A stretch of DNA of 64,000 nucleotides from a virus, in the IMG/VR virus record IMGVR_UViG_3300025083_000016, positions 9,848-73,847 of that record; one strand, 5' to 3'. Of this stretch, positions 1-9,654 are shown in pieces. Below the pieces are notes generated by a model. That model was given only the letters and a program-made list of their open reading frames with translations, made no database searches and was not told the origin of the DNA. Position 1 is the stretch's first letter; the number at the start of each line of letters is the position of its first letter. The position numbers were made by a program, and so were the translations under genes.

Positions 1-459
1 TACATGTTCAGAAAAGTCCCAAGAGTCTGTTGAATTTGTCCAAAGAATCGTATGATCAGTCGCACCCTTAAGCGTAATACCACCACCGTCAGCAGTTGTA
101 TCTGTTGGTGTATCTACAGTTCCTAATTCTAAATTTTTATCGTCAACTTGTAGTGTTGTAGAATTAACTGTTGTTGTACTACCATTTACTGTTAAGTTTC
201 CTGTTACAGTAAGATTATCTCCAATAGTAACTTCTGAAGTTGAATGTCCAATATTAACTGCAATACCAGATTCCAGAGTTGCAATATTAAGTGCACCTGT
301 TTCGTTTGCTAAAAATGAGTTTGATCCATCATGGTATATTTCTAGATCTTCACCAGCACCAATTTTGATTCTTGAAGTATCACCTATTCTAAGATGATCA
401 CTAGAACTAGGCTTGTGTATTTTTCCGCTTCCATAACCAATTAAGTCGTAATTAGCCAT
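1..459 (-). CDS. Tail fibre / virion structural protein, N-terminal part (runs off the window edge)
   Basis: Not in the ORF track. Hand translation from the ATG at 459 is open to base 1: MANYDLIGYGSGKIHKP...DLEIYHDGSNSF...GDNLTVTGNLTVNGSTTTVNSTTLQVDDKNLELG...TADGGGITLKGATDHTILW. These Gly/Thr beta-repeat segments are typical of phage fibres. Confidence 0.75.
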   Translation of the reverse strand, partial: MANYDLIGYGSGKIHKPSSSDHLRIGDTSRIKIGAGEDLEIYHDGSNSFLANETGALNIATLESGIAVNIGHSTSEVTIGDNLTVTGNLTVNGSTTTVNSTTLQVDDKNLELGTVDTPTDTTADGGGITLKGATDHTILWTNSTDSWDFSEHV

Positions 460-524
460 TTTAAATTTCCTTTCAAATTTTATCTAATATATCTAAGGTT
501 GTTCTTTATTAATTATTATTGACG

Positions 525-552
525 TGTACAAATTAGTTATTCATTTTATAAT
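525..552 (+). promoter_or_regulatory. Candidate sigma70-like promoter for the nuclease/glycosyltransferase genes
   Basis: TGTACA (525-530), 16 nt spacer, perfect TATAAT (547-552) in the divergent intergenic gap. The AT-rich background weakens the call. Confidence 0.35.
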
Positions 553-576
553 ATTGTTGAAAGTAGAGTAATTATA

Positions 577-1425
577 ATGAATAATAATAAACTAATGAAA
601 GAGCACATATCTTTTTCTGAGCTAAAACAGTGGAAAGATTGTTCTTGGCGACACAAACTTTTGTATATCGATCGGTTGCAAACGTTTGAAGAAAGCCCTC
701 ATTTACATTATGGAACGATAATTCATGATGCATGTGAACATTTTTTAAAGACAAAAGAGTTAAAATTAGATGAAGTAAAATCAAAAATCAAAGATGCATG
801 GGAAGAACACGGATTTGATTCTGATGATTTTATTACACTTCAGTCAAATAGAGCGCAGTTGCAAGGATGGAAATATAAGCACAATAAAACAAAAGACTGG
901 TTAGAATGGTCAGAAGCTAGTTTAAGGTCTATTCCAGATTTTTTAGACCAAACTTTTGAAAATTGGGAATTTGTTTCTGCAGAGGATGATTTATATGAAA
1001 GAATAAGTGACAACTTTGATACTAAATTCAAAGGTTTTATTGACTGTATCATTAAAGTACCACAAAAAAGCGGTAAATATAAGTACTGGATTCTAGACTG
1101 GAAAACTTCTTCTGGGAGAGGATGGTCTATGCAAAAACAAAGAGATTTTAACGTTCAAGCTCAAGTTATTTTATATAAATACTTTTGGGGTACAAAGAAT
1201 GAAATACCATTAAAAGATATACAATGTGGGTTTGTTTTGCTTAAAAAAGTAAAAACTTTAGGTAAATCATGCCAATTAATTAAAGTATCTAGTGGTCCTG
1301 TGTCTATTGAGAAAACACAGAAAATGATAAGAAGTATGCTTAAAACAGTAGAAAAAGGAATGTTTCTTAAAAATAGAGACTCCTGTATGTTTTGTGAATT
1401 TAAAAATACAGAATTTTGTAACTAA
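577..1425 (+). CDS. PD-(D/E)XK RecB-family exonuclease, Cas4/AddB-like, probably with an Fe-S cluster
   Basis: Motifs ISFSEL..W..C, G.IIH, GFID, ILDWKT and QVILY. One N-terminal Cys plus a C-terminal CxxC-x7-C (CMFCEFKNTEFC). Confidence 0.85.
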   Translation: MNNNKLMKEHISFSELKQWKDCSWRHKLLYIDRLQTFEESPHLHYGTIIHDACEHFLKTKELKLDEVKSKIKDAWEEHGFDSDDFITLQSNRAQLQGWKYKHNKTKDWLEWSEASLRSIPDFLDQTFENWEFVSAEDDLYERISDNFDTKFKGFIDCIIKVPQKSGKYKYWILDWKTSSGRGWSMQKQRDFNVQAQVILYKYFWGTKNEIPLKDIQCGFVLLKKVKTLGKSCQLIKVSSGPVSIEKTQKMIRSMLKTVEKGMFLKNRDSCMFCEFKNTEFCN

Positions 1426-1438
1426 TTAGAGGTAAAAA

Positions 1439-2680
1439 TTGAGAAAAAAGTTATTAATCATTTCAGATCATGCAATGACAACTAGCGGCGTTGCAACACA
1501 AAGTCGTCACCTTATTGAAGGCTTATTAGAAACACAAAAATATGACATTGTACAGTTAGGTGCAGCAATTCGTCATGAACAATATGCAACACAATCCATT
1601 ACAGACCATTTTAAAATTATTCCATGTAACGGATTTGGTAACAAAGACATCGTTAGGTCTCTACTTGTAAAAGAAAAGCCTGATGTAATGATTATCTTTA
1701 CTGACCCTAGATTTTTTAGTCATATTTTTGAAATGGAAGACGAAATTCATCAAGTATGTCCAATCATGTATTGGCATGTATGGGATAATCGACCTTCACC
1801 TTCATTTAATAAAAAATATTATGATGCAGTTGATAAAGTTGTTGCTATTTCAAAATTAACTGAGGCAGTTTGTAAAGATATTATACCACAAAAAACAGTA
1901 TATATACCTCATACATTACCAGAAGACGTTTATTTCCAGATGGAAAATGAAAGAATTAAGACTTGCAAGTTAAATACCTTAGGTGAAGCAAGAAAAGACA
2001 ACTTTGTTGCATTGTGGCTTAATAGAAACTCCAGGAGAAAGCGTGCTGCTGATGTTTTAAAAGCGTGGCAAATATTTTTGTTTAATCTAGAAGACAAGCA
2101 TAAAAGAAGTGATGCAACACTTATTATGCATACAAATCCAGAAGATAGTCAAGGTACAAATTTGCTAGAAATAGCAAAACATTTAGACATCTTAGGAAAT
2201 GTTTGTTTTTCTGATCAAACTGCATCTTATGAGCAAATTAACGTTCTACACAATATTTCAGATGTCTGTGTTAATATTTCGTACGCTGAAGGTTTTGGTT
2301 TGACAACTTTAGAGTCTATGAAAGTAGGTAACCCAATAATTGCAACTACAACAGGTGGATTAACATCTCAGGTAATTGACTATATAGATGGCTCACATAA
2401 TGGAATACCTTTAACGCCTAAAATAAAAACACTATCTGGGAGTCAAGATGTTCATTATATCTATGAAGACTATGCATCAGTTGAAGATACTGCTTGTGCT
2501 TTATTAAAAATGTATGAAATGAAAGAAGAAGATCGCAAGAAACTAGGTCAAAAATGCAAAAATTATGTTGAAAAAGAGTTTAGTTACAAAAAAATGATTG
2601 AGTCTTGGGATAAAGAAATAGAACATACACATACACACTGGAAAGAAAATTACAGTAGAGTTACGTTGGAGGAAATTTAA
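1439..2680 (+). CDS. GT-B fold glycosyltransferase (GT4-like)
   Basis: N-terminal LLIISDH..TTSGVA, NRNSRRKR, and the EX7E motif YAEGFGLTTLES...PIIAT. TTG start preceded by GAGGT. Confidence 0.9.
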   Translation: MRKKLLIISDHAMTTSGVATQSRHLIEGLLETQKYDIVQLGAAIRHEQYATQSITDHFKIIPCNGFGNKDIVRSLLVKEKPDVMIIFTDPRFFSHIFEMEDEIHQVCPIMYWHVWDNRPSPSFNKKYYDAVDKVVAISKLTEAVCKDIIPQKTVYIPHTLPEDVYFQMENERIKTCKLNTLGEARKDNFVALWLNRNSRRKRAADVLKAWQIFLFNLEDKHKRSDATLIMHTNPEDSQGTNLLEIAKHLDILGNVCFSDQTASYEQINVLHNISDVCVNISYAEGFGLTTLESMKVGNPIIATTTGGLTSQVIDYIDGSHNGIPLTPKIKTLSGSQDVHYIYEDYASVEDTACALLKMYEMKEEDRKKLGQKCKNYVEKEFSYKKMIESWDKEIEHTHTHWKENYSRVTLEEI

Positions 2681-3849
2681 TGAATATTTTAATTAGAGGA
2701 CCACTTTTAAGCATGTCAGGATACGGAAACCATTCCCGTCAAATTTTTGAACTAGTTAAGTCAGCAAAACCAAACGCAAAAATACACTGTGATGTATTAC
2801 CTTGGGGAAGTACATCATGGATTTTGTCACAAGAATTTTGCTCAGACAATAATTTTGATGAAATTATTCAGAAAACAATGATTTCTTACAAATTAAAAGA
2901 AACACAGTTCGATGAAGTTTATCACATTGGTTTGCCTAATGAATGGAAGCCTTTTGTCAATTCAAAAAATATTGGAGTTACTGCAGGAATTGAGTCAGAT
3001 ATTTGCAAGGAATCTTGGATAGATGATTTAAATAAAATGGACCTCGTAATTACACCTTCAGAATTTGCAAAAGAATCTTTTATTAAGGCATCAAGTTTTT
3101 CTAAAAACAGTCTTCAAACAGATATCTGTGTAATCCCAGAATGGTTCTACGTTGAGTTTCAAGAATCACATGATAATAAATACGGACTTTTAAATAAAGT
3201 CAAAACAGATGAAAACGTGTTGATTATTGGGCAGATTACATCAACAAATTCAGAAAGTGATAGAAAAAATATTGCAAGATCTTTAAGAGAAACTGCATCA
3301 TATCTTTCAGGTGTAGATAAAGAAACAGGCATTATCTTAAAAATCTTAACATCTGGTTCTAACGAATTAGCAAAAAAAATAGCAAAAGATATTATAAGAA
3401 ACGAAGTAGAAGGTTTAAGCGTGCCTGTTTATCTTTTGTTTGGTAATATGACACCATATGAACTGAAAAGTTTATATTCTGATCCTAAAGTTACTTGTTT
3501 ACTTACAGGTACTAGAGGTGAATGCTTTGGATTAACAATTTTAGAAGCTGCTGTAAATAAACTTCCGATCATAGCAACAGGTTGGTCTGCACATACTGAA
3601 TTCATAAATTATATGTTTCAGTTAGAGTATGATTTAAAACAAGTACCACCTAGTAACAATACAGTATTTTTTAACAAATGTTCTAGATGGGCTGAGTATA
3701 AAACATCTTCTTTAGAGGAAAATCTTAAAAAAGTGTTTATTGAAAAAGCAGTAGACTGCGAAGAATTAGAAGCTCAATCATCATTTTTAATAAACAATTA
3801 CTCTAAGAATGCAATAATATCAAAATATAGTAGCATTTTGATCGGATAA
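2680..3849 (+). CDS. GT-B fold glycosyltransferase (GT4-like)
   Basis: SGYG at the N-terminus, RKN, and the EX7E motif RGECFGLTILEA...PIIATGWSAH. Start overlaps the upstream stop (TAATG). Confidence 0.88.
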   Translation: MNILIRGPLLSMSGYGNHSRQIFELVKSAKPNAKIHCDVLPWGSTSWILSQEFCSDNNFDEIIQKTMISYKLKETQFDEVYHIGLPNEWKPFVNSKNIGVTAGIESDICKESWIDDLNKMDLVITPSEFAKESFIKASSFSKNSLQTDICVIPEWFYVEFQESHDNKYGLLNKVKTDENVLIIGQITSTNSESDRKNIARSLRETASYLSGVDKETGIILKILTSGSNELAKKIAKDIIRNEVEGLSVPVYLLFGNMTPYELKSLYSDPKVTCLLTGTRGECFGLTILEAAVNKLPIIATGWSAHTEFINYMFQLEYDLKQVPPSNNTVFFNKCSRWAEYKTSSLEENLKKVFIEKAVDCEELEAQSSFLINNYSKNAIISKYSSILIG

Positions 3850-3853
3850 AATT

Positions 3854-4165
3854 ATGATAATAGCAATTGTTTTGCTATCTATTGCACTTATAATATCTAT
3901 GTTTTTTTGTATAAAGTTTGCATTAACTATTTTGCAAGTACAAGAAGCTGTAGAAGAGTCTTTAGATATTATTGATGTAAAATATAGTAGATTAAGCAAA
4001 ATCTTAGAAATACCTATATTTTACAATAGTCCAGAAGTCAAGTCTGCTATTCAAGAAATTGAAGATACAAGAGACGCTTTGCTTTATATAGCAAACCAGC
4101 TAGTCAATAGCGAACAAGAAAACGATATAGAGGAAGACCTTGAGCAAGACGACACAACCATCTAA
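3854..4165 (+). CDS. Small membrane-anchored hypothetical protein
   Basis: Hydrophobic N-terminal ~25 aa followed by a helical, acidic tail. Tightly packed in the operon. Confidence 0.6.
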   Translation: MIIAIVLLSIALIISMFFCIKFALTILQVQEAVEESLDIIDVKYSRLSKILEIPIFYNSPEVKSAIQEIEDTRDALLYIANQLVNSEQENDIEEDLEQDDTTI

Positions 4166-4889
4166 AAAGAGAAAACCTAGAAAAAAGAAAAAAGGTAAAT
4201 CTTATTATTTTGATCTAAACGTTCAGAATAAAATCATAGAGTACCAGAATTCTTCGTGTAGAAGTGAAAGAAATATCCTTTATGAAAAGGACATTTTTCC
4301 TGCATTCGATGATTTAGTACAGAGTTTAGTTTCAGTATATGGTTTTAAATCAACAAATGAAGACATTAATCACTTAAAGTCAGACTGCGTTACATTTTTA
4401 TTTGAAACTTTACACAAATGGAATCCTAACAAAGGCACAAAAGCTTTTTCTTACTTTAATGTAGTTGCTAAAAACTGGTTAACTATTCAAAGTAGACGTC
4501 TTCTTAAAAATCAAAGAAGAAGTGCATTTATTGATGATCCTGATGGTTTAAGTTCTAGCGAGAAGTCCGAGCTTTTTGATCGTGAATATATAGATTCAGA
4601 TACAATAATTGCACAAAAAGAAGAAGCTTTCGGAAAAATCCTAGAAATGATTAATTACGTAGAAGACCAACTAAAAGATTCGCAAGACATTAAGTGTTGC
4701 GTTGCTATTAGACAAGTATTTAATAGTATTGACGAATTAGAGTTTTTTAATAAACGTGCAGTTTTTGTGTATTTAAGAGAAATATCAGGCCTAAACAGTT
4801 CAGAATTAAGTTCTTCTCTTTCTAATATTAGAAAAATATATAGAAAAGTTGTTGGCCCAGATAATATGTTTGACTTCTATGATAACTAA
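4140..4889 (+). CDS. Phage late-transcription sigma factor, T4 gp55-like
   Basis: Basic N-terminus ending in YF; sigma region-2-like segment LHKWNPNKGTKAFSYFNVVAKN. Located directly before the virion genes. Confidence 0.7.
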   Translation: MSKTTQPSKKRKPRKKKKGKSYYFDLNVQNKIIEYQNSSCRSERNILYEKDIFPAFDDLVQSLVSVYGFKSTNEDINHLKSDCVTFLFETLHKWNPNKGTKAFSYFNVVAKNWLTIQSRRLLKNQRRSAFIDDPDGLSSSEKSELFDREYIDSDTIIAQKEEAFGKILEMINYVEDQLKDSQDIKCCVAIRQVFNSIDELEFFNKRAVFVYLREISGLNSSELSSSLSNIRKIYRKVVGPDNMFDFYDN

Positions 4890-4898
4890 AGGAAACTT

Positions 4899-5273
4899 AT
4901 GAGTAAAGATATAGAAAAAGTTTTAGAAAAAAACGAAAAAAACGAAGCAAAAGAGCAAAGAATCAAAAACTTTGCTGACATTCTTGATAACATCGATTCA
5001 CTTGAAGACAAAAAAAAGATGTTATGGAAAGAAATATACGAGAATTCTGTAGAAGATCGTGAAAAAGCAAAAATGTTGTTTAATGATGCCTATATTTCTA
5101 TGACAGGTGGCGTAAACGAGCATATGAATATAGGCGCGATTATGTCGAAGTATCTTGAAAGAATGACGAGGTCTAACGATCAAATTCTTAAATTAGTAGA
5201 ATTAATTTCAAAAGAAGAAGAAAAATCTGAAGCTATTAGTGAAGATGATATTTTTGGAAAGATTAACGGTTAA
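4899..5273 (+). CDS. Hypothetical helical protein
   Basis: 124-aa ORF preceded by an AAGGA RBS. No recognised motif. Confidence 0.6.
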   Translation: MSKDIEKVLEKNEKNEAKEQRIKNFADILDNIDSLEDKKKMLWKEIYENSVEDREKAKMLFNDAYISMTGGVNEHMNIGAIMSKYLERMTRSNDQILKLVELISKEEEKSEAISEDDIFGKING

Positions 5274-5275
5274 AG

Positions 5276-7129
5276 ATGTTTAAAACAGGTATTTCTTTAC
5301 TCTACGTGAGTGAATATTCAAAATCACAATTTGAAAAAAGCTTTAATGTTTTAAAAAAATACAATGATTTAAAAATATTAAATTTAAGTCTAGTTAATGA
5401 TATTGCTTTAAAAAATATTAGCGAAAACTTACCAATTGGAACTATTATTTGCAAAGTTTTAGACACTGTAGATATTATTGAGGTTTGCTTTCCTGTAATG
5501 TCGACACACATTTCAATGCCTGTTAAAACAAACGAATTAATCTGGTTTTTTCAAGATGAAACGCCCTTTTCAAGTACATCAGTAGAAGATGGGCATCCAC
5601 TCTTAGCAATAAAAAGCTATTGGTTAAGTAGAAAAATTGGTGGAAAAATATCTGAAGATTTGAATTTCACACATTTTCAGCGAGATTCATTAATAACAGA
5701 CTTACAATTAAAAGATTCAGAAAAGTACAATCAGGTAAGTAATGACTCATTAGAAATCAAAAAATCAAAAAATTATAAAAAAGAAATTGAAAAAATTGTT
5801 AAGATTCCTGGTTTTGAAAACGAACTTATTTATGTTAATCTATACAATTCAGGTATGCTAGAAAACGCTGAGTCTGTGCTTGAAAAAGAAAAAAATATTA
5901 ATATTTTTCCTGATGCTGTCCCTAGATGGTTTTCTAAACCCTATGAATTAACATTTCAAGGATCAAACAATACACTCATTAATTTAACAACAACTAACAA
6001 TACAGATGAAGAGTTTATAAATAAAGGTGCAATTGATATAGTTTCTGGCAGGTTTTTTCTTGATAAATACATAAGCGAAGAAGAAAATAATCTTCATGTT
6101 TTTGAAAACAAAACGATAAAAAACAAAGACAAAGATAGAGAAAAAACATTTATTTTTAAAAAAAATAGTTTTGCTGCAATTGAAAACACACTAGGCAACT
6201 TAGAGATATTAAAGTCTCAAAAGCATTATTTAAATACAGATATTATTAATGAGTCAAGTGAAGGTAAAATAAACCTTTTTAAAGATGCATCAAGAATATA
6301 CATTTCAGAGGCAGACAATATTGATAATTCTTTGTATTATGATACAACATGGCTTTCAGATCAAGACTTAATACTAACTGATATTGACAAAATATTACTT
6401 TCTAATGAAAGCTTAGAGTTTCAAAAAGAATATTTACCTAACAACAATATAACACTAAATAATTTAACATCAGTGCCACTTGATGAAAATAACTTTATTG
6501 TTCCTAGTGTTTTCATCAAGTCTAACAATATACGTTTAGTAAGCAGAAAACAAATAGAAAACGAAGAAAGTGAATTGTTTTTGAATGAAGGTTCAATTAG
6601 ATTCATAAAAGAAAGTGAAGACTTTTTAAACTATTCTCATATTTGTTTAGAAGATGACGGACAAATATTAGTAGATGGAAACACAATACTACTAGGAAAC
6701 TTCAAGAAAGAAGTTGTTAGACAAAATATTGACAGCATTGAGAACATACAAGATTTATCAAGTGTTAACGAAGATTATGCGTTAATGCATGGTAATGGTA
6801 ACGGGCTGTTAATTGGATACGATGAAAATTTAGCAGAATCTCTCGTTCTAGGTAACACTTTAGAGGCAATGCTAAAAGAGTTGATACAGATCAATTTAGA
6901 TCTAGTAGAAGAAATAAATAAAATATCAAATAATCTATTAAATCATACACATAGTGGTGTAACACCTGGAGGAGCTATTTCACAACCTCCTAATCTTGCA
7001 CTTACTAAGCCTTTAATATTAGATACAGAAAACTTTGTAACGTCAGAAAAGTCTGATATTGATTCTAGATACAAAAACTTACGTGATAATTTAAGACATA
7101 TGCTTTCTAGGTTTGCAAAAACAACTTGA
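5276..7129 (+). CDS. Baseplate central spike/hub protein (gp5/gpV-like)
   Basis: OB-fold-like N-terminus (FP...SMPVKTNELIW), beta-rich body (QGSNNTLI), and C-terminal LVLGN...HTHSG apex motif. Lies directly upstream of gp25 and gp6. Confidence 0.65.
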   Translation: MFKTGISLLYVSEYSKSQFEKSFNVLKKYNDLKILNLSLVNDIALKNISENLPIGTIICKVLDTVDIIEVCFPVMSTHISMPVKTNELIWFFQDETPFSSTSVEDGHPLLAIKSYWLSRKIGGKISEDLNFTHFQRDSLITDLQLKDSEKYNQVSNDSLEIKKSKNYKKEIEKIVKIPGFENELIYVNLYNSGMLENAESVLEKEKNINIFPDAVPRWFSKPYELTFQGSNNTLINLTTTNNTDEEFINKGAIDIVSGRFFLDKYISEEENNLHVFENKTIKNKDKDREKTFIFKKNSFAAIENTLGNLEILKSQKHYLNTDIINESSEGKINLFKDASRIYISEADNIDNSLYYDTTWLSDQDLILTDIDKILLSNESLEFQKEYLPNNNITLNNLTSVPLDENNFIVPSVFIKSNNIRLVSRKQIENEESELFLNEGSIRFIKESEDFLNYSHICLEDDGQILVDGNTILLGNFKKEVVRQNIDSIENIQDLSSVNEDYALMHGNGNGLLIGYDENLAESLVLGNTLEAMLKELIQINLDLVEEINKISNNLLNHTHSGVTPGGAISQPPNLALTKPLILDTENFVTSEKSDIDSRYKNLRDNLRHMLSRFAKTT

Positions 7130-7164
7130 GACATAATTATTCATAACAGTTAAGGAATATAAAA

Positions 7165-7752
7165 ATGTCAGAACTAGGTTTAACTCTAAAACAGCTAAGA
7201 AAAATAAATTCTCATAATGACAGGACTGTAGAAACACCTGTAAACCCTATTGGTATTAAAACTCCTTTAGAAAGAGGAACAAGAGAAAAAGAAACTCTTT
7301 TTAAAATGCATTTTGACATTGCTACACAGATTAAAGACAATCTAAAAAACCTAATTATGACGCAAAAAGGTGAAAGATTAGGTTTTCCAGACTTTGGTAC
7401 AAGTTTAAGGCAGATTTATTCAAATAATACTTTATCTAAAGATGAGATTGTTGATATTGCTTCTGAAGAAATCAAAGAAGTTGTTTTAAAATATATGCCT
7501 TCTATAAGGCTAGAAGAGTTTTATTCTTCAAAGGTAGACAATCAAGATCAAAAAAGCAATTACTCAAATAAAGCGGGTAGAGACTTTTCGTCTTCTTCAA
7601 ATAGTAATTTAAACTTTGAAGAAACAACTTTTAGAGAAATAAATATAAATAACATAGAAATTGACAGTATTTATGAAATTAAAATAAAGTATAGCATACC
7701 AATATTAAACAAAAAACAGGAATTAATTTTAAGAATTAACAGTTCTTTATAG
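7165..7752 (+). CDS. Baseplate wedge / sheath-initiator protein, gp25-like
   Basis: Signature IKDNLKNLIMTQKGERLGFPDFGTSL and a later YMP.I. Confidence 0.9.
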   Translation: MSELGLTLKQLRKINSHNDRTVETPVNPIGIKTPLERGTREKETLFKMHFDIATQIKDNLKNLIMTQKGERLGFPDFGTSLRQIYSNNTLSKDEIVDIASEEIKEVVLKYMPSIRLEEFYSSKVDNQDQKSNYSNKAGRDFSSSSNSNLNFEETTFREININNIEIDSIYEIKIKYSIPILNKKQELILRINSSL

Positions 7753-7766
7753 TTCAGGAGAATAAA

Positions 7767-9641
7767 ATGGCGTTAAGCAAGCTAGAAAATTACTTGACAA
7801 ATCAAAATAATAAACAATTTTCAAATGAAAATTTTACAGACTTTAGGAACGAGCTATTACAATATGCAAATCTTTATTATAAAGATAACATTGTAGACTT
7901 TTCAGAGGTTTCGTTAGGAGGTATGCTTCTAGACTTTGCAGCAATTGTTGGAGATTCTTTGGTTTACTATGCAGAACAACAATTTAACGAATTAGACTAC
8001 ACAACAGCAACAGATCCTGGAAACATTGTAAAACATTTACAAAGAGCAAATATAAAAAACTCTAAAGCATCACCATCATCAGTTGACGTTGTATTTACAA
8101 TTGAAACTGAGAGAGATCCTAGTAGTCCAGATTATGATTTAAAACCTTATCTACAGGAACTCCCTGTAATTAAATCTGGGACAATTCTAGTATCAGATTC
8201 AGGTATATTTTTTACATTACAAGAAGACATAGATTTTACGTCTGGAGGGTACAAAATAGAAACAAGTGAAGAAGACGGAGATGGGACAGTTTTAAGTTTA
8301 TTACTTAAAAAAGAAGGATTATGTGTTTCAGGTATTGTGACAGAAGAAATCATTTCAATCCCAACTGACAATCAAGACTTTTTTACTAAAATATTACTTG
8401 ATAAAGATAACATTACAAATATAATAAGCGTTTTAGATGAAGACAATAACGAGTTTTTTGAAGTTGACTATTTAACACAGACAACTTTGTTTAAAAAAGT
8501 TGAATTTAGTAACGATAACTATATGACAATAATGCCTGTGCCTAGAAGATTCATAAGAGAAGAAGACTACATTACAGGCAAGACTAGCCTTCGATTTGGC
8601 AACGGCAATGGCAAGTCAGTTAGAGGTAATGCATTTGCGAATATTGAAGATTTGATTCTACCAATTAAAAATAAAGACACAGTTTCTAATAGATTAAGCT
8701 TGGATCCTGGTACTCTATTAGAATCAAATACGTTAGGTATCTCACCGTCAGGTAGCACATTAACAATTACATACAAGTATGGCGGAGGAACTAATCATAA
8801 CGTTCCTGCTTTTGCTATTAATAAAATTGTTGGCCAACCTATTGTAGTTTTTCCTGACTTAAATATAGACAGTCAAGATTATGAGTTAGATACAGTTAGA
8901 ATAATTGATTCAATAGCAGTTGAAAATGAAAACAGCTCAGTTGGAGGAATGCAAGCATTATCATTAAATGAATTAAAGCAGCAAATCCCTAACACTATAA
9001 AAGCACAGTCAAGAATAATAACACAAGAAGATTTATTGTCAAGAATTCTTACAATGCCTAGTGATTTTGGAAGAATAAATAAAGCTGTAGCATTAGATAA
9101 TCTATACACGAATACATCTAAAGATCTTTTTATAGTTTGCAAAGATTCAGAAGGTTTTTACACCGAAGCTTCAGATGCTATTAAGTCAAATTTATCGACT
9201 TATTTAAATGAATATAGGTTAATAGGTGATAATTTTAACTTATTAGATGTACCTGTTTATAATTTTGGTATTAGAGCAAAAATTAAAGTTAAATCCGGAT
9301 TCGACATAGAAAGTGTAATATTAGAAATAAATAGCAGAATAATTAATAATATGAGATTTGATTTACTTCAAATAGGCAGTCCTATAAATGTAAGCCAAAT
9401 TTCGCTAATTATTGAAACAACAGACGGCGTTGACTCAATTGTGACACCTAAAAAATCGATAATTGTATCGAAAAACAAAGAAGACGAATTTTTTGACATA
9501 GAAGAATCAAAAACGCTTACATATCAAGACAGTGTATTTAATTCTCAAACACTTTATAGAGACGGTTTAATTCAACCTCCACGAGGAGGTATATTTGAAA
9601 TGAGATATACTTTTAATGACATATTTATTGCTGCTAACTAA
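7767..9641 (+). CDS. Baseplate wedge protein, T4 gp6 / baseplate J-like
   Basis: DFSE.S.GGMLLD.AA.VGD.L.YY, LRFGNG, LTITY..GGG...NV, GG...LS..E.K, and AQSRIIT.ED. Confidence 0.9.
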   Translation: MALSKLENYLTNQNNKQFSNENFTDFRNELLQYANLYYKDNIVDFSEVSLGGMLLDFAAIVGDSLVYYAEQQFNELDYTTATDPGNIVKHLQRANIKNSKASPSSVDVVFTIETERDPSSPDYDLKPYLQELPVIKSGTILVSDSGIFFTLQEDIDFTSGGYKIETSEEDGDGTVLSLLLKKEGLCVSGIVTEEIISIPTDNQDFFTKILLDKDNITNIISVLDEDNNEFFEVDYLTQTTLFKKVEFSNDNYMTIMPVPRRFIREEDYITGKTSLRFGNGNGKSVRGNAFANIEDLILPIKNKDTVSNRLSLDPGTLLESNTLGISPSGSTLTITYKYGGGTNHNVPAFAINKIVGQPIVVFPDLNIDSQDYELDTVRIIDSIAVENENSSVGGMQALSLNELKQQIPNTIKAQSRIITQEDLLSRILTMPSDFGRINKAVALDNLYTNTSKDLFIVCKDSEGFYTEASDAIKSNLSTYLNEYRLIGDNFNLLDVPVYNFGIRAKIKVKSGFDIESVILEINSRIINNMRFDLLQIGSPINVSQISLIIETTDGVDSIVTPKKSIIVSKNKEDEFFDIEESKTLTYQDSVFNSQTLYRDGLIQPPRGGIFEMRYTFNDIFIAAN

Positions 9642-9654
9642 GGAAAACAAATAA

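Noticed and set aside
519-552. TTGACG...TATAAT as a canonical sigma70 promoter
   Set aside because: The 22-nt spacing is too long. Only the TGTACA-16-TATAAT alternative is kept, at low confidence.
577-1425. CRISPR-Cas system suggested by the Cas4-like gene
   Set aside because: No repeat-spacer array and no cas1, cas2 or effector genes are visible in the window.
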